From contig OZ024756.1 in NCBI GenBank assembly GCA_964016885.1, forward strand, positions 28,892,001 through 28,956,000: 64,000 bases of DNA. Direction: 5' to 3'. The DNA is from Eledone cirrhosa. Taxonomy: Eukaryota. Positions 28,929 to 64,000 of this stretch are shown piece after piece. The notes under the pieces are model-generated. The model saw only the letters and a program-made list of their open reading frames with translations, was not told where the DNA came from and searched no databases. Numbering within the stretch: position 1 is the first letter of the stretch; every line of letters begins with the position of its first letter. The translations under genes and the position numbers were made by a program.

Positions 28929-29601
28929 AGGCTGTTTGGATGAAAGCGTCCATGTTTCACTTCCATAGAGCAACTTTGATTGAATTGTTACTTGGAAGAG
29001 TCTGATCTTGGTGTGATTGGAAAGATTTGAGCGCCAAACTCGGTCCATCTTGTTGCAAGCTGACCATGCTTGCGCCTTTCAGGTGGCGAAATCCTTCTCA
29101 GAGTCCATGATCCAGGACCCAAGATACTTGAAATCCTCGACTTGTTTGATATCACTGCCGTTGATTGCTTTGATACTGTTGCCGTACAGTTTGATATGTA
29201 CTCTGTTTTACCCTCAAAAGCTCCTTGATGACACTTACACTCGCCTGCTTCGACTCATTCAGAACATAGGCTGGCGACATCTGACTTTGAAAGAAATATA
29301 TGCCGGCCTCCCACGCACATCTGTCGTTGTACGTAAAGGGAGAGTAAGATTTGCTGGCCACTGCCATCGTGCTACCTATGAGGCTGTGACCCCATTAGTG
29401 CTTTGGAAACCACAAGCAGTCACTAATAACAGGAGGCACAAGCTCTTCTATCCCGATGTCATCTCCAGAGATTCTGGAATTGAAATCCAGGACTTGGTAA
29501 CGGCAATGAACGACAAACCCACGTGGAGATCAATTGTTGAGTCCATTTTGGCTGAGGCCGCCAGATGATGATGATCATGATGATGATGATAATGAGGCTG
29601 T
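28929..29601 (+). mobile_element. RTE-group LINE with 5' inversion, (TGA)n tail and 7-bp TSD AGGCTGT
   Basis: 28932-29214 on minus strand encodes KTEY..VEDFKYLGSWI..AW.AC..M..VW.S..K..LF.....LLYGSETWTLSSKQ; 29215-29568 on plus strand continues QKLLDDTYTRLLR...FAGH. Confidence 0.85.
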
Positions 29602-31057
29602 AACCCATTTTGCTCATCTAGATGTAAATTTCTGCGATTCTGTCACAATACGTTACGGCAAGTGGCATCAGAGACCTGCGGCATAAGTGTCACACTCATT
29701 CTGATTGTCTTACTCGTGCGTATTTATTGCACTTCCGTCTGTTCCGACGAAGCATGGCTGTTCTAGTTGTTTTGTCAACGGAACAGCCTGCACGTGAAAT
29801 TAACGTGCAGAGCTCTCTACAGAAATATGTACTCTTGAAGTAGTTCTCGGGGAGATCCAGCGTGTTTCACAGTGTGTATCACAAAGCTGGTTCTTTGAAT
29901 TACAGAGACAACGAATTTTTTTCTTCAAACTAAGTGGACTGGAGCAACTTGCGTAAGAACACCAGGCATCACCGAATATTGAACTCGCGATCTTCCAAAC
30001 GTAGACCTAATCACTAAGCCACCTACCTTCACCTTGTATGTGTAATCATGCAATGAAAGGAAAGTGTGTTTTTATTGTTTGATACATTGAGCTGATATCT
30101 TTTATGTATATTTCTAGTGGTTTATATTATATAAACAGGATATTCTACCAATTCTTTAAAATATTACAAGTCTTCGTTTGTCGCTTTATGTGAAAGCTTA
30201 TTTATTCGTTCTCGTTCTTTCTTTTTTTTTTTTTTTTTTACATAAAATTATTTTTTATGAGAGCAAAACTATATTTTATATGCATGTTTATCTCAAATGA
30301 CATATAACAATATAACAGTGTAATATTCTTCCTGGCCAAAGCTTCTGTATTTACACTTCATATTTAAAATAATATGATTTCTGATTTTTGGCACAAGGCC
30401 AACAATTTTGTGGGAGGGGAAAGTCGTTTAACTCGACCCCAGTGCGTTACTGGTACTTTATTTTATCGACCCTGTAAGGATGAAAAGCAAAGTTGACCTC
30501 AGCTGGATTTGAACTCAGAACGTAAAGGTTCAAGTTTAAAATATGTTAATTTAAATCCCACCGAGGTCAACTTGGCCTTTCACCCTTTCGAATCGACAAA
30601 TAAAGAACAAGGCGGTGAATTAGCAGAGTCGTTAGAAGGTAGGATGCAGTGTTTTGTGATATTCGTACCGACTCTCTGCTTTCTGAGTTCAAATTCTGCC
30701 GAGTTTAATTTTGTCTTTCATCTATTCGAAGTTAACGCTGGTTTGACTTCTCTCTCTCTCTCTCGGTTACTGACCTACGCGTGACTCTCGTGTGCCCCCC
30801 CCCCTTTTATCGGTATGTTCTCTGCGTTTTTTTGTTCTTTTTTTCCCTTCTGTTTACTTTATTTTTTTCTCTCTCCTTTTTTTCCTTCCCCAATAACTTT
30901 CAAAAGTTATTGACGCACTGGAGATAGACATATTGTCTTTAATGCGTTGAAATGTCGGTGACCTCCAGCAGACAACTGAAGAGGGGACTGTCCCTTGTTT
31001 GTGCTTACCTTTTATTTCTAAATACACTTTATCAAGTAACCACACAGCCCCTTGTTT

Positions 31058-31104
<47 letters not shown>

Positions 31105-31170
31105 GCTGGTAGAAATTCCATAGATGAAAGATCGAGGAAAACAGTGCTCTATCTGTTGGAAGAGAGCTTA

Positions 31171-31488
31171 TCTATATATCTACAACAGAGAATGTCTGTC
31201 TGTCTGTCCGATCACTAAAACTCGAGAACCACCCAACCGATTGTTTTCAAACTTTACACATGTAATACTTATGGTCCTGTGAGTGTTTTGAGCTAAAAGA
31301 ATTTCAAATGTTCATTGCTCTAGGGACCGCATTAGGCGATTTAGCGATCTCTCTCTCTTAGTCTTTCTATTTTTAGATAGATACATAAATATAACGTTGC
31401 GCCCTTATAATATCTGTCTGTATGCCTGGCTGTCTGCATTATGACATTATGACGTAGCTGTGTGTATATATATATGTATATATATATA

Positions 31489-31519
<31 letters not shown>

Positions 31520-31639
31520 GTGTGTAACGTTTTTCGAAATATTTACTTCTGCGTTCACAGATTGATTTTTTTATTTTAGTTTCAGAAGATCCTGTTAAGG
31601 GGGAAAGCAGCGATTCTTTGCTTAAACTTTAATCTGTCA

Positions 31640-31677
<38 letters not shown>

Positions 31678-31980
31678 TATATAATTATATATTCGTGTAC
31701 AGATATTTTTGCATACACAATAACAAAATATAAACAAACGTATTTATTTCACGAGGCTCGACAGCAGCAAAAACAACAACAAAAAAAGAGAGGGAACGCA
31801 ATTACATGCTTTTGAAAAATCTTAATGGAAAATTATTTGCCTGTTCACCCAAGGCGACTTCACTTTTTATTAGGACTTCTGCATCAATTGGGGAACATAC
31901 GACGAAACTGTTTCAGAAAGGAGGGATTAACATGCCAATCTATGTTTAGAATCCCGAGCAACGCCGGGCCATTCTGTTAG
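31171..31980 (+). mobile_element. Non-autonomous Helitron
   Basis: a|TC start, (CTGT)n near 5' end, 3' hairpin CCCGagcaacgcCGGG then CTGTTAG|t. Confidence 0.75.
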
Positions 31981-32427
31981 TTTAGTATAAATAAAGTTTC
32001 ATACACTTAACATGTCGGTGCTACCATTGGTTTCGGGATCCAATCATGGCCACCACTGTATATTGGAGGAGGCACTTTTAAACAGGCACGTGGACGAAAA
32101 TACAGTGGTAACTAGAACTGGACCCCGAAACCATTGGTAGCACATGCATGTTAAGTGTATGAAACTTTGTTTACACTATATATATATATATATAGATAGA
32201 TAGATAGATATATGTGTGTATCTATATATATATATAACAAAGGAATTGTGGTAAGGAACCAAATGGACCACAACGCACCAGAGTACTTAATACTTAGGGT
32301 AGTAGAGTGGGAAATAGGAAAAAGTATGACCACGGCGGCAGAGCTCAAGCCGTTTCGACGGCTATTTCTGAGTCCAGAAATAGCCGTCGAAACGGCTTGA
32401 GCTCTGCCGTCGGGGGTCATACTTTTT

Positions 32428-32482
<55 letters not shown>

Positions 32483-32827
32483 GGGTAATATTATTTGATA
32501 CATGGGTAGAATTATCCCTAGTATGGTGTATTAAAATCCGGGTTTCACCCTAAATAGGATTTATTGGTTGACCGTAATATGACGTCAGTTACTTTTTTTT
32601 TCCTTTATCTCAGTGTCGTAAGATCTGCCATTTATTGTAAACAGTTTTATTGGCTGAGCATACTGTGACGTCAGTTATTTTGTCGAGGGTGAAATTTTGG
32701 CTAAGACGTATGCCGATTAAATTCTAGTCCTTTTTTTTCTTTTTTTATCATGGTGAAAAGTGTTTTACATACACACGCATACACACACACAGACAGACAT
32801 ACACACACAAACACACACAAACACACA

Positions 32828-32894
<67 letters not shown>

Positions 32895-33273
32895 GTATAT
32901 ATATGTATATATATGTATACATATATATATATGTATACATATATATATATGTATACATATATATATATGTATACATATATATATATGTATACATATATAT
33001 ATATGTATGCATATATATATATGTATATATATGTATATGTATATATATGTATACATATATATATGTATACATATATATATGTATATGTATATATATGTAT
33101 ACATATATATATGTATATGTATATATATGTATACATATATATATGTATACATATATATATGTATACATATATATATGTATACATATATATATGTATATGT
33201 ATATATATGTATACATATATATATATATATGTATATATATGTATACATATATATATATATATGTATATATATG

Positions 33274-33314
<41 letters not shown>

Positions 33315-33916
33315 GTATACATATATATATGTATACATATATATATGTATACATATATATATGTATACATATATATATGTATACATATATATATGTATAC
33401 ATATATATATATATATATATATATGTATACATATATATATATATATATGTATGTAGATAAATCTACCAAGAGTTTACGGTAGTGTCCAATCCGTATGAAG
33501 AACTCAATGTAATCCGGATATCATGGAAAGAAGAGATGCAATGAAAAATCACTTTCGGTGAAAGATAAACGGAATACAGAGTCAAGATAAAATATTAAAA
33601 AAATTATTTCTGAAGACGGCATATATATGAGTTGGTATGTATATTTAATTTTGATAGTTTGTATAATTTTGTATAATTTTGTACATAGATCTGTTAAATA
33701 TACATGCCAATTCTAACACATATATATCCCAGAAACGATCGTTAAATAATGAACTTTTTTTGTTTAATATAAGGAACTGTTTCATTGTTTTATTCATTAT
33801 TTTTTTAATATTTTATATATATGTATACATATATATATATATATATATATATGTATACATATATATATGTATACATATATATATATATATATATGTATAC
33901 ATATATATATATATGT

Positions 33917-33954
<38 letters not shown>

Positions 33955-34030
33955 ACATATATGTATACATGTATACATTTATATATATATGTATACATAT
34001 ATAATATATATATATATGTATACATATATA

Positions 34031-34062
<32 letters not shown>

Positions 34063-34068
34063 GTATAC

Positions 34069-34103
<35 letters not shown>

Positions 34104-34547
34104 TGTATACATATATATATGTATACATATATATATATATATATATGTATACATATATATATATATATGTATACATATATATATATATGTATACATATAT
34201 ATATATATATGTATACACACACACATATATGTGTGTGTGTATACATATTTATATATACAAAGTTTTAAAACGAGCAAATTTTAGTTTACAACATTTATTT
34301 GCTGACAATTGTTTCTTCCATGGTGAAGTCTGGAATCAGCGGAGCATAAGGAATGTCGAAACATGTAACTAATAACCTAGTCATTTAGAACATTTAGGGT
34401 ACATAATTTTTGTTAGTGTCAAAAGAAACATGTGGAGAGTCAGGAGTTAAAAAGATGTTCTGCTTGAAAGAACACAATTAAAGACAGCACTGGTTGGAAG
34501 TGTAATAGGTATAAGTAAAAAGCACAAGCAAAAAAATCACAAGAATA

Positions 34548-34614
<67 letters not shown>

Positions 34615-34831
34615 ACTGGATTGACTCCTGCATTGTACACCAATTGTCCTTGCTTATAACTTTTTTGCCTGTGTTTTTTTGCTTTTGTTTTTGCTTGTGA
34701 TTTTTTTGCTTGTGCTTTTTACTATATATATATATGTATACATATATATATATACTGTATATGTATATATATACATATATATGTATATATATACGTATGT
34801 ATATATATACATATATATGTATATATATACA

Positions 34832-34919
<88 letters not shown>

Positions 34920-34934
34920 CATATATATATATAC

Positions 34935-35017
<83 letters not shown>

Positions 35018-35987
35018 ATTTTTTAGTTTTTGCTGTGACCTGTACTCTCTTTCTCCCTATCTACTTCGTCGCTATTAACTCTTCCCCTTTCTTTCTCTTC
35101 TTTTCTCCTTCTTACTTTTACTCCGCCTCTCTCCGTTAGCTATCCCGCTACTTCGCCTGTTTTTCTCGACTCTGCCTCTTGTTTTCTCCTCTCGCCGAGG
35201 TCAGACCTGTTTTTTCCGCTCCCTGTTTCACCGCCTACTCAGACTCGGTCTTAAGTGCAGTAGCTGTTGTTGACAGCCTTTCTTTCTCTTCCGTTGCTAC
35301 TACACGTGATTCTCGTGTTTCTCTCTTCGGTATGTTTTTTTATCCCATTTTTTTTTCCGTTTTTTCTTTCTTTTTTACTTTCTGTTATATTTTTTTCTCT
35401 CTCTCTCAATTTTCCCCAATAACTTTAGTTATTGACACACTGGAGCTAGACATCTTGTCTTTAATGCGTAGAAATGTCCATGATCTCCAGAAGACAACTG
35501 ATGAAGGGAAATTATATATCCCTCTTTCTTTCTCTCCTTTTCTCCCTCTCACTTTCACTCACCCTCTCTCTGACAGCCACCTCATTGTTTCCCTCGCCTG
35601 ACCCACTAGCAGTTCTTTTCTCACTTACACTCGCTGGGATCAGACGGGTCTTTTCGTTCGTCCACACGCTCTAGAACTTACGTTCAGCACCGATGTGGAC
35701 TTGAAGTTGCCCGCACAATCTTCGATTTGTTGGGGTTTTTTCGCTGTTTTTCTCTTGTCTTCCCTTTTTTTCCCTTTTCCCTTCTATTTTCCTTCCCTCT
35801 CTCCTCCGTTTTCCCCATAACTTACCTAGTTATTGAACGCTCTGGGGGTAGGTATATTGTCTTTAAAGCGTTGAAATATCCGAGACCCCCAGTAGACAAC
35901 TGATGAGGAAATCCCCTCCCACCCGTTCTTGCTTTCTTCTTATTCTTATTTTTAAGCCCACCTTAACTTGTAACTACACAGCCTTCC

Positions 35988-36133
<146 letters not shown>

Positions 36134-36278
36134 AAAAAAAAGATGAAATCGGAAATGCAACTGGAGTCTTATTTAAAAAAAATATATATATATATTTATT
36201 TGGTTCCTTTACCGGTTTCGCAGTTCTTCTGCTTTTCAAAAGTAGAGTTGAGATGGAGGGTCTGTGGTTTTTCTCACA

Positions 36279-36314
<36 letters not shown>

Positions 36315-36580
36315 AGAAGTTATATTTAAATTGTTGGGTTACAACTAGTAAATATTAATAACTGATATAAAAGCACTCGACAAGTATTTGAGTATATTTA
36401 CGATATTAAATAAATGGAAACTATATTTATAAAACCATATTTATTTCATTATATATATTTCAGGGATATCATATTAACAATATGCTATGCCTTCCTCAGA
36501 CAAAATACAATATAAACAGTTTTATAGATAAATAGATTTGACATACCGTACAACAATTTCTTTTCATGATACAGAGGGCC

Positions 36581-36618
<38 letters not shown>

Positions 36619-37004
36619 GGCCCTCTGTATCATGAAAAGAAATTTTTTTTTCGGGGGAAGTTATTGGATTTTTCCAAATTTAAAAGTTTCTTGGGAACTT
36701 TCAATGTTTCTTTTAGGTTTAAAAGAAGAGCTCGGGCCATCATAACCGATAGTCCTCAGTGAAATATGTATAATGGAGTTTTAAATAAACTTGAATCTCT
36801 CTCTCTCTCTCTATAGATATATTATATATCGATCGACAGTCGATCGACAATTGCTAATACTGTCTGTCTATCGCAACTACAGATAGAAGGAGCAACGTGA
36901 AATAAAGTGTCTTGCCTCAAGGACATAACGCATCTCTCGGTCCGGGAATCGAACTCACAATCTGGCGAATCCAATTCTCTAACCACTCGGCCACGCGCCT
37001 TCAC

Positions 37005-37065
<61 letters not shown>

Positions 37066-37090
37066 GTATATATATATGTATATATATATG

Positions 37091-37171
<81 letters not shown>

Positions 37172-37219
37172 GTATATAATATATGTATATATATTATATA
37201 TATATGTATATAATATATG

Positions 37220-37312
<93 letters not shown>

Positions 37313-37318
37313 TATATG

Positions 37319-37459
<141 letters not shown>

Positions 37460-37504
37460 GTATATATATATGTATGTATATATATATGTATATATATGTA
37501 TATA

Positions 37505-37584
<80 letters not shown>

Positions 37585-37822
37585 CAAGACTTGGTAAGCT
37601 ATTTAGAACACTGGTTTAACCGCTTTACTTCCCTCCGAAGAATGGATATTATCTCGAAAATTAAGGATATTTAAATAAATCTATGGTAAAAGACTAATTG
37701 TCAACAATATCTTTTGCATTTGCATTTTTTATTCTATGTCCATACCTGCATTGTTTTGGCTTTACAAATACAAACGTTTATACTTCATTACACAATGCTT
37801 CAAGTGAACTATAACTTCCTCC

Positions 37823-37855
<33 letters not shown>

Positions 37856-38179
37856 TATGTGTTTGCGTGTATATATATATACATATATATATCACGATAA
37901 ATTAACGCAGCCATAACTCTCGCCATTCCCTGTAAATAATATGCTCAAAGGAGAGGAAATCATGGTTTTTCCCTGTTTTATTGATAGCGCACTGTATCTC
38001 TTTCTAGTGTGTTACCTTTTGGACATATTGTATATATATATATTTATATTTATATATATATGTGTGTGTACTACTACATACATGCATGAATGTGTGTGTA
38101 GTTATGCCTAAAACGTTTGTTTGGTCTGTTCTTTAAAATTTAAAAATAATTCCCCTCTTTTTTTTTTTTCTTTACAGAT

Positions 38180-61972
<23,793 letters not shown>

Positions 61973-61993
61973 ATTATATATGCATATGTATAT

Positions 61994-62014
61994 AATAAAA
62001 ACATAATAAATAAA
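61994..62014 (+). terminator. Candidate polyadenylation signals
   Basis: Clustered AATAAA hexamers 22-40 nt after the LOX stop; the AT-rich context lowers specificity. Confidence 0.4.
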
Positions 62015-62019
62015 TAATA

Positions 62020-62093
<74 letters not shown>

Positions 62094-62626
62094 TATATAT
62101 GCCTTTGTGTGTGTGCATGCGTGTGTACCTAAGACCGTCAATTGCCTTAACTTGAATGCAACTACATCTAGAACAAACTCAATCTATCCACGAACTCAAG
62201 CAAACGCAATCCATGAACCTACATTCCACTTCACTCATCAGACCCCATACCGCACATGGAAAAGTAAAAATCAATGAATATGTTATGCTTATATAGGCTT
62301 TAATTAAAACATTTTCTGAAATGTTCTTCAGAGTTGTTTCCCTTTTATAAAAAAATTAACATTTTTAAGAGTTATGCCCCTTACAAAAAATATTTTTCTT
62401 GGTTTGGTCATTTTGTAACTTTATAGAGATGACAGTCAAATGCTTGTACTGCAGTGTCGTTTTAAAATATTGAAGGACACATTTTACTCCTTCATCCATC
62501 AAAAGCCAAGCAAAGAAAGAACGTTTTTCCTAGGTTCATACCTGTAATAGGCTTGTACCTATGGTGTTGGTCACCGCCAGAATTATTCCGATTATGTTGT
62601 TACACTGGATCATGACTGGCCAGGGT

Positions 62627-62687
<61 letters not shown>

Positions 62688-64000
62688 TGAGGTTGTGAGT
62701 TCGATTCCTGGACCAGGCGATGTGTTATGCCCTTGAGCAAAACACTTTATTTCACGTTGTTCTTTCTACTTGGAGTGGCGACCGATAAATAGTATTAGCA
62801 ATTGGAAATACCAATGGAAACATCGTTTCCTCGGTCCGATTTGACGAAAGTCGATGGCCAGTCGATATATTTATATGTATTTTTAGTAAAACCAAGGATT
62901 AGTATTATTGTTATTTATTTATACATCTACGTACGTTTCAACGTGTCTAGAATATTCCATCAATTGTGGGGAAGAAACCGAAATAATCCGTTAAGTAACT
63001 CCATTTTATCTGTTTTACTCCTAAGGAAATACAATCAAATAACACTAATTAGTTTAACATCAAAATACAAGTTATCAGAAATACAAGTTAACAATATTTG
63101 GTTTAACATCAAAATACAAGTTATCAGAGAATTAAATAAGGAACTGAAAATTAACTAACACCGCTTTAGAAAGCTATATCGACATATTTTGATTAGTCTC
63201 ATTTAACTGTGTATTAAATATAAATAATAATTGGTTTTCTTCATAAATGTTTCCTTGATAAGTACGAAATATATATAATATATTCGTTTCTAGTAAAATA
63301 AAAATATGTATAATATACATTAGTAAATTGTTAGATAAGGAATCTAAATTGAACAAACACCGTTTAAAACGTTATTCGAAAGTGTAAACAGTTGAAATGA
63401 ATGAAATGAATTTTGCAATGTTTTCTCTGAAACCAGGCTAGAAGAGTAATAGGTAAATGTCTATACATGCTTTCAAAGCTATATATATATCCTTTAAAAA
63501 ATGTTAATACATTAATACAATATCATTTCACTTTTAATATGAGCTTCTAACTAACGTAATACATTTTAAGCATCTTTACATCTTTCGGATATTTTTACAT
63601 TATAAACATTGAAAAAATAAGCACTGCAATTTCACCTCATGGAAACTATTACTATAACAAATTAACAATTTTAATGTGTTTTGACATATATATGAAAAAA
63701 ACTTTTATTTCACACGTCTATTAAAGAAAATTAAACAGATTTTATTCACTGTTGTATAAAAAAAAAAAAGAGGTATAATAATACAATGCTTACAGAACGA
63801 AAACCCTAACAAATATAATATAAAGGAAAGGGAGAGGGAATACAAAAAAAAAGAAAGAAAAGGAGAAGAAAAAACACACACCTGGGACCACACAACAAAA
63901 GGCAGGCGCAAGGGGTGGACAACCGAGAGTAAAGGATAACAGTATCGCGAGGAAAACCTCTAATGATTTTTGAGGCAAGCCAGCATGCTTGCAGCATTAG

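Noticed and set aside
29017-29568. 183-aa ORF as a gene
   Set aside because: Chimera of antisense and sense LINE segments
30740-35915. Repeat ending in caaCTGANGA (near 30975, 35498, 35900) as a hammerhead
   Set aside because: GAAA and CTGANGA cannot be arranged with the required stems; probably truncated PLE-related pieces

Overview
Very AT-rich, microsatellite-saturated animal genomic DNA with a 200-N scaffold gap (14871-15070). The repeat content (tRNA-derived SINEs, RTE/CRE/Tx1 LINE relics, Penelope-like elements, Helitrons) suggests an octopod cephalopod; this is inference from sequence style. The one host gene is a 15-coding-exon lipoxygenase on the + strand (38180-61972, about 674 aa spliced; PLAT plus catalytic domain, all iron ligands present, Gly at the R/S stereo-determinant). 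A 1-nt homopolymer frameshift interrupts exon 1. The most interesting non-genic signal is a set of short elements, mostly embedded in (TA)n, that carry type I hammerhead ribozyme cores (at least 6 families, with covariation). Many have been converted into fold-back palindromes centred on the ribozyme stem II. Also present: a 5'-inverted (twin-priming-like) RTE LINE with a TSD, a 2.1 kb inverted satellite, and inverted SINE arrays flanking a frame-preserving exon. Coordinates were read by eye; repeat boundaries are approximate.
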